DNA of 64,000 nucleotides from an uncultured Gemmatimonadales bacterium. GTDB lineage: Bacteria > Gemmatimonadota > Gemmatimonadetes > Gemmatimonadales > Gemmatimonadaceae. The stretch is taken from positions 1,184,001 to 1,248,000 of the forward strand of contig CAWKMU010000003.1 of the NCBI GenBank assembly GCA_963850905.1, given 5' to 3'. Below, in pieces: positions 11,201 to 21,277 of this stretch (position 1 is its first letter; each line of letters opens with the position of its first letter). The translations under genes and the position numbers were made by a program. The notes under the pieces are model-generated. The model had not been told where the DNA came from, made no database searches, and was given only the letters and a program-made list of their open reading frames with translations.

Positions 11201-14200
11201 TCGAGCGCGTGATGGGGACCGGGTCGCCCCGCGAGGTGTGGCGGCGCATGTGGCCCGCGGTGGCCGCCGCCGGGTTCATTGGCCTCGCGGTAACCATCCG
11301 CGGGTTGACGGCTCACGGCGTGACCGGACCGACGGGATGGATGGCGGGACACGAGATCCGTTATTTCGTCGGCGACCTTGCCTCTGGTCGCGTTGTGGGT
11401 CGTGAGTCCGACGATCGCGAACGCCTTGAGCGCACCCGTCGTCCGGCGCGAGCGGCAGCTGAACGTGTCCGAGCGATGGGCCGCCCTGCGGTACGCGCTG
11501 CGGCACTGGCGCTACTTCGACCGCTTCGTGAGCGCGGACACACAGTGGCTCGCGCCAGACAATTTTCAGGACGATCCGACGCCGGTGGTCGCGCCTCGCA
11601 CATCGCCGACGAACGTCGGGCTTCAGCTACTCAGCATCGTCAGCGCCTACGATCTCGGCTTTCTGCCGTGCAGCGCGATGATCGAGCGCCTGGAGCACGT
11701 CTTCCGGGCGTTGGAACGCATGGAGCGCTGGCGAGGACATTTTTACAACTGGTACGACCTGTCCGATCTCCAGGTGCTCGACCCGCGCTACATCTCGACG
11801 GTCGACAGCGGGAACCTCGCGGGCCACCTGATCGCGTTGAAGCAGGCCTGCCTCGCCATCCCCGATGAACCGGTCGTCGACGGCCGGCTGTGGGAGGCGT
11901 TGCACACCGGGCTGACGATCGCGGCTGATGAGCTGCGGAATGCCGCATCGTCCGGCGCGGTGGACAGTCCCCGTCAGTGGCAGGCAGTTCTCGAGGCGGC
12001 GGAGCGAGTGCGCGCCGTCATCGCGTCGTTGCCGCAGGTCGCGGGCTGGCCATCAAACGCCGGCCCCGCACCGACCGGTGCGCCTGTGGTCGCGTCCGTG
12101 GCGCCTACGCTTGTGGGTGTCGCGGGGTCAGTGCTTCCGGCCGATACGCGCGTCGCGGTGGCGCCGAGTCACGGCACTGCCTCCGCGCAGGCGATCCAGA
12201 CACTCGTCGACCGACTGCGCACGGCCGAGCGAGTCCTGGTTGAACGTGGTGGCGGTCCCGCGGCGCTGGGGCGCGTGGTCGCGGGCGGGGCGGCGGCCGC
12301 CGTCCCCCCGGGCGAGTCGGTGGCATCGGAGGTCTCTCAGACCGAACCGCCCACGACGTGGTTGACGTGGGGGCGCGCGCTGCTCGAAGCATACCTGGCG
12401 GAGCTCGCCGCTGTCGGGGCCAAGGGCGTGACCCCGACAGACGCGCACGCGGGCAGCATCCCGACGTGGCGCGAGGCCGCGCGCACGTCGACGTACGCCG
12501 CGCAGCAGCTCGCCCGCCTCGAAGCGGTCGCCACCCGCGCAGCGTTGTATGCGCACGAGATGGACTTCACGTTCCTGTACGACGCACGGCGCAAGCTGTT
12601 TTCCATCGGCTACCAGGTCGCGACGTCGTCACTCGACGCGTCCTACTACGACCTGCTCGCCTCCGAGGCGCGCCTGGCCAGCTTCGTCGCGATCGCGAAG
12701 GACGAAGTCCCGGTCGAGCACTGGTTCCACCTCGGGCGCTCGCTCACCACGGCTGTCGGCGACCTGACGCTCATCTCGTGGAGCGGGAGCATGTTCGAGT
12801 ACTTGATGCCCGTGCTGGTCATGCAGTCGTTCCCCTTCACGCTGTTGGACCAGACGTACCAAGGTGCGGTCGCCGCGCAGATCGCCTATGGACGTGAGCG
12901 GAGCGTCCCTTGGGGGGTGTCGGAATCCGCGTACAACGCGCGTGACCGAAACCAGATCTATCAATACCGTGCCTTCGGCGTGCCCGCCCTGGCGCTCAAG
13001 CGCGGATTGTCCCGCGACCTCGTCATCGCACCGTACGCGACGCTCCTCGCCCTCGGTGTAGATCCGCATCACGCGATGCGCAACCTCACCTCACTGGAAG
13101 GCGAAGGCGCGCTCGGGGCGTTCGGGTTCCGCGATGCGATCGACTACACGCGGCCGCTGCCCGGCACGCGGAAAGCCGTGGTGTTCGCGTACATGGCGCA
13201 TCACATCGGCATGGGGCTCGTCGCGCTCACGAACGCGATCCTGCGCGACATCTGGCAGCGCCGCTTTCACAGCGACGCGCTCGTGCGGTCGGCAGAGCTC
13301 GTCCTCTTCGAGCGTATTCCGCGCCGCTTCATGACGCAGGCAGCGCAGAGCGGCGACGCGGGAGGAACGCCTGCGGCGGGGCCTGCCTATGGTCGAGAAG
13401 CCGGCGGCGCGGTCGTTCGACACTGCGTTCACGCCACGGCCCCACATCGCGCTTCTCGGACGCGCGCCCTACACCGTGATGATCACGAACGGTGGCGGGG
13501 GGTACAGCCGGTTCGACGGGATGGACATCACGCGCTGGCGCGCCGACGGCACGCTCGACAACAGCGGCCAGTGGTGCTACGTGAAGGATGTCACGCCGCC
13601 CGCTCCCGAATCGGCTCTCCCCGTCCGGGCCGGCCGCTTGTGGTCCGCGGCGCTACCAACCGGTGTCGGCCAACGGCGACTGGTATCGCGTCACCTTCGC
13701 GACCGATCGGGCAACGTTCCAGCGCCGCGACGCGGACATCGAGACCCGACTCGAGGTGACGGTCGTGCCTGAAGACGCGGCCGAAGTGCGGCGCCTCACG
13801 CTGACGAATCACGGCTCCGCGACCCGTGAGCTCGAGCTGACGAGCTATGGCGAGATCGTCCTCGCCCCGCACGATGCCGACCTCCAGGGGACCGCATTCT
13901 CCAACCTCTTCGTAGAGACGGAGTGGCAGCCGGGAAGTGCCGCGATCCTCGCGTCGCGCCGCCCGCGCTCGTCGACGGAGCGGCGACTGTGGGCGGTGCA
14001 CGTGGCGGCCGTCGGGACGGCGGCCGGCGCCGTGGGTCGGGACCTGATTGGCACGGTCACGTGTGAAACCGATCGCGCGCGGCTCCTCGGACGTTGCCGC
14101 GGCGTCCGGCGGCCTGCCGCGCTCGATGACACTGCCGATGGCCCGCTCTCAGGCACTACGGGCGCGGTCCTCGACCCTGTATTCGCGCTTCGCGTCCGCG

Positions 14201-17200
14201 TACGGATCGCTGGCGGCCTGTCCTTGCGGGTCGCCTTCACGACACTCGTCGCCTCCGACCGCGACCGTGCACTGGAGTTGGCCGACCGCTATCACGACCC
14301 GTACAGCGCGCAGCGCGCACTGGACCTGTCCTGGATGCAGGCCCAAGTCGAGCTTCGCGAGTTGGCCATCACGCCAGCCGATGCCGCGCTGTATCAGGAG
14401 ATCGCCGGATATCTCACGTACGTCACGCCGGCCGTGCGGGCGCCACAGCGCGAGCTCCAGCAGGCGCGACGCGGGCGTGACGCGCTATGGGCGCACGGCA
14501 TCTCAGGCGACAACCCCATCGTGCTCGCAACGATCGAATCGACCGCGGGCTTGCCGACGATTCGCGAGCTGTTGGCAGCGCATCACTACTGGCGGCTGAA
14601 GGGCATGGCCGTGGACCTGGTGTTGCTCAACACCCATCCGCCATCGTACAACCAGGAGCTGCAGGATGCGTTGCTGACGACCGTCATGGGATCGACCGAA
14701 GGATCCCTGCTCGACAAGGGCGGCGGCGTCTTCATCCGGCGACGCGACCTGCTGCCGCCGAATGACCTGGCCACGCTGCGTGCGATGGCCGGTGTCGAGG
14801 TACCGTGCGACGGCGGCCTCCGCCTGGCCGAGATCCTCGAGGTGCCGGATGTCGCACCCGACTATCCGGCGCCATTCGTCCCGCAGGTACAAACCGCCAA
14901 CGCGATCGTCACCCCGAGCACGCTCGCTGCAGCGGCGGCCCGAGACGCGTCCGCCGACAGCGACCGCACCGCGGGCGATGGGGCGGGCACCGCGCTGGCC
15001 GTCTCCGCTGCGGCCGCCGGGGCCGGCCGCGGGTCCGACTTGGCCGCGGCGCCATCGCGAGACGGCAGCGTGCCGGGTGGCAGTGACACGGTAACGACCG
15101 GCCCGCCGCGTGCCGCTCCGCCAGCTCGGCTGCTGACGGGCGCTCTCCCAACCAATGGATTGGGATCGCTCGCGCCCGATGGCGCATACGAGATCATCCT
15201 GCGCGAGGGCGCGACCACTCCGGCGCCATGGGGCAACGTGATCGCGAATGAGCGAGCCGGCTTTCTGGTGTCGGAGAACGGCAGTGGGTGCACGTGGGCC
15301 GAAAGCAGCTACTTCTATCGGCTATCGCCGTGGCGCAACGATCCGGTGAGTGATCCACCGACCGAGGTGGTGTACTTGCGCGATGACGAGACCGGCGAGG
15401 TCTGGACGGTCACGCCCACACCGGTCCGCCACACCTCACCCTACCTCGTGCGCCACAGCGCGGGGCTGACCGAGTTCCGACACAACCACGCCGGCATCGC
15501 CGCCTCGCTGTCGCTGGGCATGGCCGCCAGCGATCCGGTGAAAGTCACGGTGCTGACTGTCGCGAACGAGACCAATCACCTCCGCCGCCTCACCGTGACG
15601 AGCTACGTCGAGTGGGTCCTCGGCGTGGTCCGCGAGGTCACGCGGCATCACGTGCGCACGACGTTCGACCGCGGGCTCGAAGCCATGTTCGCGCAGAACG
15701 CATTCGATCCGCAATTCGCGGACTGGGTCGCCTTCGCCTCGCTGAGCGAGCCACTGAGCAGTTACACAGCAGACCGGCGCGAGTTTCTGGGCCGCAACGG
15801 CAATTATGGTGATCCGGCGGCTCTCCGGCGGATCCTGTTGGCTGAAGCCACGGGCGCAGGGCTCGATCCGTGCTCGGCGCTCCAGTGCGAACTGGTCCTC
15901 CGGCCGGGCGAGACACGCACGATCGCCGTCGTACTCGGTGCCACGGCCACGAGGGCAACGGCTCGAGATCTCGTCCAGAAATTCAAAGACGCAGACGTGG
16001 CGCGTCGGGCCGTGGCTGATGCGCAGGCCGCATGGTCCAGTCGCCTCGCCAAGATCACCGTTCGTACCCCCGAGCCGACGTTCGACGCGATGCTCAATGG
16101 CTGGCTCTTCTATCAGGCCCTCTCGTGCCGAATGTGGGGGCGGACGGCGCTGTACCAGTCGAGTGGTGCGTACGGTTTCCGCGATCAACTACAGGACTCG
16201 GCCGCATTCGTGTACGCGGAACCCGAGATCACGCGGGCGCACATTCTCCGCTGTGCGGCTCGCCAGTTCGTCGAAGGGGATGTGCAGCACTGGTGGCATC
16301 CGCAGAGCGGGCAGGGCGTGCGAACCCGCATCAGCGACGATCTGATCTGGCTGCCGTTCATCGTCGACCACTACGTCTCGGTCACTGGCGATACCGGTAT
16401 CCTCGATGATCAGGCGTCCTTCCTGACCACCCGACAGTTGGAGCCTGGTGAGACCGAGCTCTATGACCGGCCAGATGTCTCGAGTGAAACGGCATCCGTC
16501 TACGAGCACTGTCTCCGCGCCCTGCGGAAAGGAGCCACGATCGGGCCTCGCGGACTTCCACTCATCGGAAGCGGTGATTGGAACGACGGATTCAACCGGG
16601 TGGGCATCGAAGGTCGCGGCGAAAGCGTGTGGCTCGGGTGGTTCCTGATCACTACGCTTCGCCGATTCGCCGCGTATTGTGACGCCCGCAACGACACGGG
16701 CTCGGCGACCTCCCTCCGCCAGCAGGCTGACAAGTACGCGGAGGCGATCGAATCCACCTCGTGGGATGGTGAGTGGTATCGCCGCGCCTACTTCGATGAT
16801 GGCACGCCGCTCGGGAGCGCGACCGAATCAGAATGCACCATCGACTCCATCGCGCAGAGCTGGGGCGTGATCTCGCGGGCCGCGCCGCCGGACCGCGCGC
16901 AGCAGGCGATGGCATCGCTCAACCGCCACCTCGTACGCGAGGATGCCCGTTTGCTCATGCTGCTCACGCCCGCGTTCGACAGAACGACGCACGATCCTGG
17001 CTACATCAAGGGGTATGTTCCCGGCGTGCGCGAAAACGGCGCGCAGTATACGCACGGCGCGCTGTGGGCCGTGCTCGCGACCGCGTTCCAGGGCGACGGT
17101 GATCGCGCGCTCGAGCTCTTCCAGATGATCAACCCACTCACGCACGCCGCGACCGCGGGCGATGTCGGGCGGTACAAAGTCGAGCCCTACGTGGTCGTGG

Positions 17201-17583
17201 CTGACGTGTACACCGCTGCGGGGCACCTAGGGCGCGGGGGGTGGACGTGGTACACGGGGTCGGCCGCCTGGATGTACCGGGTCGGGTTGGAGGCGATCCT
17301 CGGCTTCACAAAACGTGGTGCTGCGCTGCGCCTCGATCCATGCATGCCGGCCCATTGGGATCGGGTGACGATCGACTACACCTACCGCTCGACCCAGTAC
17401 CATATCGAGCTCCGCAACCCGCATGGTGTGACTCGCGGGATTGCCGCAGTGACTGTGGATGGAGTGCCCCTCGAGGACCATGTCGTCGCGCTGACCGACG
17501 ACGGGCGACCGCACGACGTCGTCGTCGAGATGGGACCCGCCGGCGTTGGCGCGGCGGAGATGGTGGAGGAGCAGACGCTCTAG
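8264..17583 (+). CDS. ndvB: Cyclic beta-1,2-glucan synthase (Cgs/NdvB/ChvB; GT84 synthase plus GH94 phosphorylase), about 3100 aa, split by five apparent +1 frameshifts
   Basis: Motifs EWLLDNFY, MGWERKRGKL, SHDLIEG, RWIRGDWQ, PDNFQ, TSPTNVGL, SWSGSMFEYLMP, WGVSES, SGAYGFRDQLQD, GDWND and RENGAQYTH. They lie in consecutive ORFs 8264, 10782, 10903, 11378, 13389 and 13588, with shifts near 11010, 11055, 11370, 13365 and 13650. Confidence 0.92.
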
Positions 17584-17593
17584 CGTCCAGCCG

Positions 17594-19090
17594 TCAATTC
17601 TCCTCCATCCACTGCAGTACCGCCAATGTGAGGCGTTGGAGCGCGGGACTCTCCACCGTGCCGTTGAAGCCATCGAGTCCGCGGCCCCACTCGACGTCGC
17701 CGGCGTCGAACACGCCGGCGCCGCTGGGTGCGATGTAGAAGGTCGTGTAGTAATACGGGGCATACGGCACGCTGAACTTCGGAACCACGCGCGATTTGAA
17801 CAGCACCTGCAGGTTCTTCGGGGATGAGGTATCCGGGATGATGCGGTCGCCCTCGATGCCGATCTGGTTCGGAATCTGTTGTCCGGCGCGCAGCCCTGCT
17901 GCGGCGAGGAACGACGCGGCCTCAGGACCTGTGGCGGTGTCACTGGTGACGAGTGGCTGGAGCGGTGTCGTCTGCGTGCCAAGCACGTACTCGCTCCCGA
18001 TCATCGCGTCCTCGGGGCGATCGACCGGCTTCCGGCGAAACTCGGTCGTGGTCAGCGAATCGGCTGCGGCGCCCGGGTCTGGATCGAGTTTATAGCAGGT
18101 CACGACGTCCGCTGCCCGCTCGGTCACGGGACCCGCCGAGAGTCGAATGTTCCAGTAGGCGTTGTTGCCCGACAGGAAGGCGAGGTGTACGTGCGCATCC
18201 CGCAAATTCTGCACGATCGAGCGCTCGTGGTACGTCCAGTACTCATCGTGGCCGATGAAGATGAGTCCTTTCTTGGGTCGTGGCATCCCGCGCGAGTCCT
18301 CTGTCAAGTCGACACTCGACGCATACGTCACGTCGAAGCCGCTTCGCTCGAGGAAGCGGAGATCGCGGAGATCGTGGCTCTTGTAGTCGTCGAGAATGTA
18401 CATGGAGCCACCGTTCGCCCCGTATGGGCGCTCGAACGACACGAAATGGCCAAAGCTCCCGCCGGGCTGGTCGCTCGCATTGGCAGACTGGGTGGCCGTG
18501 TAGAGCGAGGACCCTCCGTAGGCATTGTACGCTTGCCACGAGAATTGCGGCACGACTGCGACGAATGTCGCAGGCCTCGGATCGGTGAGAACAAACGGAT
18601 AGAAACCGGCGAGCCGTGTGTGATCCACTGCTTTGATGAGGTAGACGCCGCTGACCCAGTCGTCGCCGACGACGATGCGCATCGTCTGCGTCCACGGGCA
18701 CACGACTGGCCCGGGGAACGGAGCAGAGCATCCGGGCTGCGGGTGCGCCGCGATACTGTCCTGCGTGAAGACGACATGGCCACCGGCGCCGCCGTACCAT
18801 CCCAGCCGATAGACCGTGATGTCGACAGGGCCGGCGGTGGCGTGAACGTACACAGCGAGCGTGTCGCCGAGTCGCGCTGCATACGGGCTCGCCCACAGCG
18901 CCAGTTGCGTCTGTGGCGCCCAGCCAGACACGGGCACCGCCCAGGAGGAGTCGCCGACCTCTGCGTTTGCCTGCCGCACGGTGGTCCGCGGCGGAAGATT
19001 CGACGGCGCGGTGCTGTCGCCGCATGCGGTGCCGATAGACAGCGCGACCGCGACCGCGAGCGCGTCGCGGAATCGGAAGTGAGCTGACAC
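17594..19090 (-). CDS. Lipoprotein with an N,N-dimethylformamidase beta-subunit family domain
   Basis: Lipobox IGTAC; motifs VYRLGWYGG, DWVSGVYL, WQAYNAYGGSSLY, VSFERPY, GHDEYW and AFLSGNNAYW. Confidence 0.8.
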   Translation of the reverse strand: MSAHFRFRDALAVAVALSIGTACGDSTAPSNLPPRTTVRQANAEVGDSSWAVPVSGWAPQTQLALWASPYAARLGDTLAVYVHATAGPVDITVYRLGWYGGAGGHVVFTQDSIAAHPQPGCSAPFPGPVVCPWTQTMRIVVGDDWVSGVYLIKAVDHTRLAGFYPFVLTDPRPATFVAVVPQFSWQAYNAYGGSSLYTATQSANASDQPGGSFGHFVSFERPYGANGGSMYILDDYKSHDLRDLRFLERSGFDVTYASSVDLTEDSRGMPRPKKGLIFIGHDEYWTYHERSIVQNLRDAHVHLAFLSGNNAYWNIRLSAGPVTERAADVVTCYKLDPDPGAAADSLTTTEFRRKPVDRPEDAMIGSEYVLGTQTTPLQPLVTSDTATGPEAASFLAAAGLRAGQQIPNQIGIEGDRIIPDTSSPKNLQVLFKSRVVPKFSVPYAPYYYTTFYIAPSGAGVFDAGDVEWGRGLDGFNGTVESPALQRLTLAVLQWMEEN

Positions 19091-19175
19091 ATCGGGGTGA
19101 GAAGCGAGAAGCGCGCCAAGACCAAACGGCGGGGTCAGGCGTCGTGGTCGTTCCCCCGACCCGTGACCGCGCCGT

Positions 19176-21221
19176 TTAGCTCTTCACAACCCTCATCGCC
19201 AACTCCACGACGTGATCCGTCGTGATCCCCAGCTCTTTGAGTACGCGCGGACCAGGAGCGGACGCGCCGAAGCGTTCGAGTCCGAGGACTGCGCCGTTGG
19301 CGCCCACCCATCGGTACCACGACATCGGATGGGCCGCTTCGACCGCGACACGTGGTGGTCCCGCCGGGAGGACGGCGCGCTGGTAGTCTTCCGGCTGTCT
19401 CGCGAAGATCTCCAGGCTTGGGGCGCTCACGACGCGGGCACGAATGCCTTCAGCGGCAAGGCGTTGTTGCGCTTCGATGATGAGCGACACCTCCGATCCG
19501 CTTGCGAGCAACACGACTTGCGGTGCGCCGCCAGGCGTGTCGCCCAACACGTACATGCCACGCGCAACGCCGTCGGCGCTCGCGAACCGTGTTCGATCAA
19601 TGAGTGGGACCTTCTGCCGTGTGAACACGAGCGCAACGGGCCCATCCCAATGTGGCATCGCGACCCGCCACGCCACCGCGACCTCGTTGGCGTCTGCCGG
19701 TCGGATCACGGTCATGAAGGGAATGCACCTGAGAGCGGTGAGCTGCTCGATCGGCTGATGCGTCGGTCCGTCCTCGCCGAGCCCAATCGAGTCATGGGTG
19801 TACACGTAAATCACGTGCAGCCGCATGAGTGCCGCGAGGCGAATCGGCGGACGCATGTAATCCGAGAAGATCAGAAACGTGCCGCCGAAGGGAATGAGCC
19901 CGCCGTGCACCGCCATCCCGTTCATGATCGCGCCCATGCCGTGCTCGCGAATGCCGAAATGGATGTAGCGGCCGGCGTAATCGTCGGGGGCGAAGTTGCG
20001 GATGCCGGCGAGCGCGGTGCCGTTTGAGGGCGTCAGGTCCGCCGAGCCTCCAAGGAGCTCAGGGGTCTTCGCCACGATTGCGTTGAGCACGATGTTCGAG
20101 GACGCCCGAGTGGCGACGTTCCCGTTCTCCGCTGTGAACGTCGGAATCGCGGAGTCCCATCCCGTCGGCAGCACCCGACGCCATCGACGGTCCAACTCCT
20201 CGGCCGCATCGGGATACGCCGACTGGTACGACGCGTAGCGCATCTGCCACTCCTCGTGGTCCGCGCGCCCGCGCTCGAGCGCCCTGCGCCAGTTCGCAAT
20301 CGCCTCGGGCGGCACGAAGAACGCCTCCGTCCACGGCCACCGAAGGGTCTTTCGCGCCTGCGCGACGACGTCGGCTCCCAGCGCCTCGCCGTGCGCCTTG
20401 GCGGAATCCTGCTTCGAGCTACCATAGCCGATGTGCGTCCGGCAGATGATGAGAGACGGTCGCCCGGTCTCCCCCTGCGCGACTTCGATTGCCGCGCTGA
20501 GCACATCGAGATCGTTGACGTCGGGGACATGCTGCACGTGCCATCCGTAGGCCGAGAATCGCTCGCCCACGTCGTCGGAGTACGTCAGATCCGTCGAGCC
20601 ATCGATGGTAATGTGATTGTCGTCGTAGAATCCGATCAGCTTACCAAGTTTGAAGTGCCCCGCGAATGAAGCCGCTTCGTGCGAGACACCTTCCATGAGA
20701 TCGCCGTCGCTGCAGATGAAGTACGTGTGGTGGTCGATCACCGCATGGCCCGGGTGATTGAACACCGCAGCGAGGTTCGCTTCCGCCACGGCCATGCCGA
20801 CGGCGTTGCCGACACCCTGGCCCAGCGGGCCAGTCGTGACCTCGATGCCGGGGGTGTGGCCGTACTCCGGATGACCCGGGGTCTTGCTACCCCACTGGCG
20901 GAACTGCTTGATATCGTCCAGCGTCAGGGCATAGCCGGACAGATAGAGCGCCGAGTACTGCAGCATACAGGCGTGCCCGGCCGACAGAACGAACCTGTCT
21001 CGATTGGGCCACGCCGGATCAGCGGGGTCGTGATGCAGAAAGCGGGTGTACAGCAGGTAGGCGATCGGCGCCAGCGCCATCGGTGTGCCGGGGTGTCCCG
21101 AATCGGCCTTTTGCACCGCGTCCATTGCCAGAATGCGGACGGCATTGATCGAGAGCAGGTCGAGGTCCCCCGGGGGGGGCACGGGGGGCGGGGTCGGGCG
21201 ATCGGTGAGGGTGGTTTCCAT
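19176..21221 (-). CDS. tkt: Transketolase
   Basis: SGHPG, RDRFVLSAGH, TTGPLGQG, DGDLMEG and THDSIGLGEDGPTHQP motifs. Confidence 0.98.
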   Translation of the reverse strand: METTLTDRPTPPPVPPPGDLDLLSINAVRILAMDAVQKADSGHPGTPMALAPIAYLLYTRFLHHDPADPAWPNRDRFVLSAGHACMLQYSALYLSGYALTLDDIKQFRQWGSKTPGHPEYGHTPGIEVTTGPLGQGVGNAVGMAVAEANLAAVFNHPGHAVIDHHTYFICSDGDLMEGVSHEAASFAGHFKLGKLIGFYDDNHITIDGSTDLTYSDDVGERFSAYGWHVQHVPDVNDLDVLSAAIEVAQGETGRPSLIICRTHIGYGSSKQDSAKAHGEALGADVVAQARKTLRWPWTEAFFVPPEAIANWRRALERGRADHEEWQMRYASYQSAYPDAAEELDRRWRRVLPTGWDSAIPTFTAENGNVATRASSNIVLNAIVAKTPELLGGSADLTPSNGTALAGIRNFAPDDYAGRYIHFGIREHGMGAIMNGMAVHGGLIPFGGTFLIFSDYMRPPIRLAALMRLHVIYVYTHDSIGLGEDGPTHQPIEQLTALRCIPFMTVIRPADANEVAVAWRVAMPHWDGPVALVFTRQKVPLIDRTRFASADGVARGMYVLGDTPGGAPQVVLLASGSEVSLIIEAQQRLAAEGIRARVVSAPSLEIFARQPEDYQRAVLPAGPPRVAVEAAHPMSWYRWVGANGAVLGLERFGASAPGPRVLKELGITTDHVVELAMRVVKS

Positions 21222-21227
21222 CCGCGC

Positions 21228-21233
21228 AAGATA
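21228..21233 (-). promoter_or_regulatory. -10 element (TATCTT) 6 nt before the tkt ATG; probable leaderless promoter
   Basis: TANNTT-N6-ATG with no Shine-Dalgarno sequence; the same geometry occurs at four other genes in the window. Confidence 0.6.
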
Positions 21234-21277
21234 AGCAGTGAGGGTATCGCAGGCCCGTCAGCCTCGTCTGCCTCCCT

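Noticed and set aside
8264..17583. Glucan synthase region as several separate genes or a decayed pseudogene
   Set aside because: Conserved motifs continue collinearly across +1 shifts, which fits one gene with indel errors. No slippery heptamers suggesting programmed frameshifting were evident.
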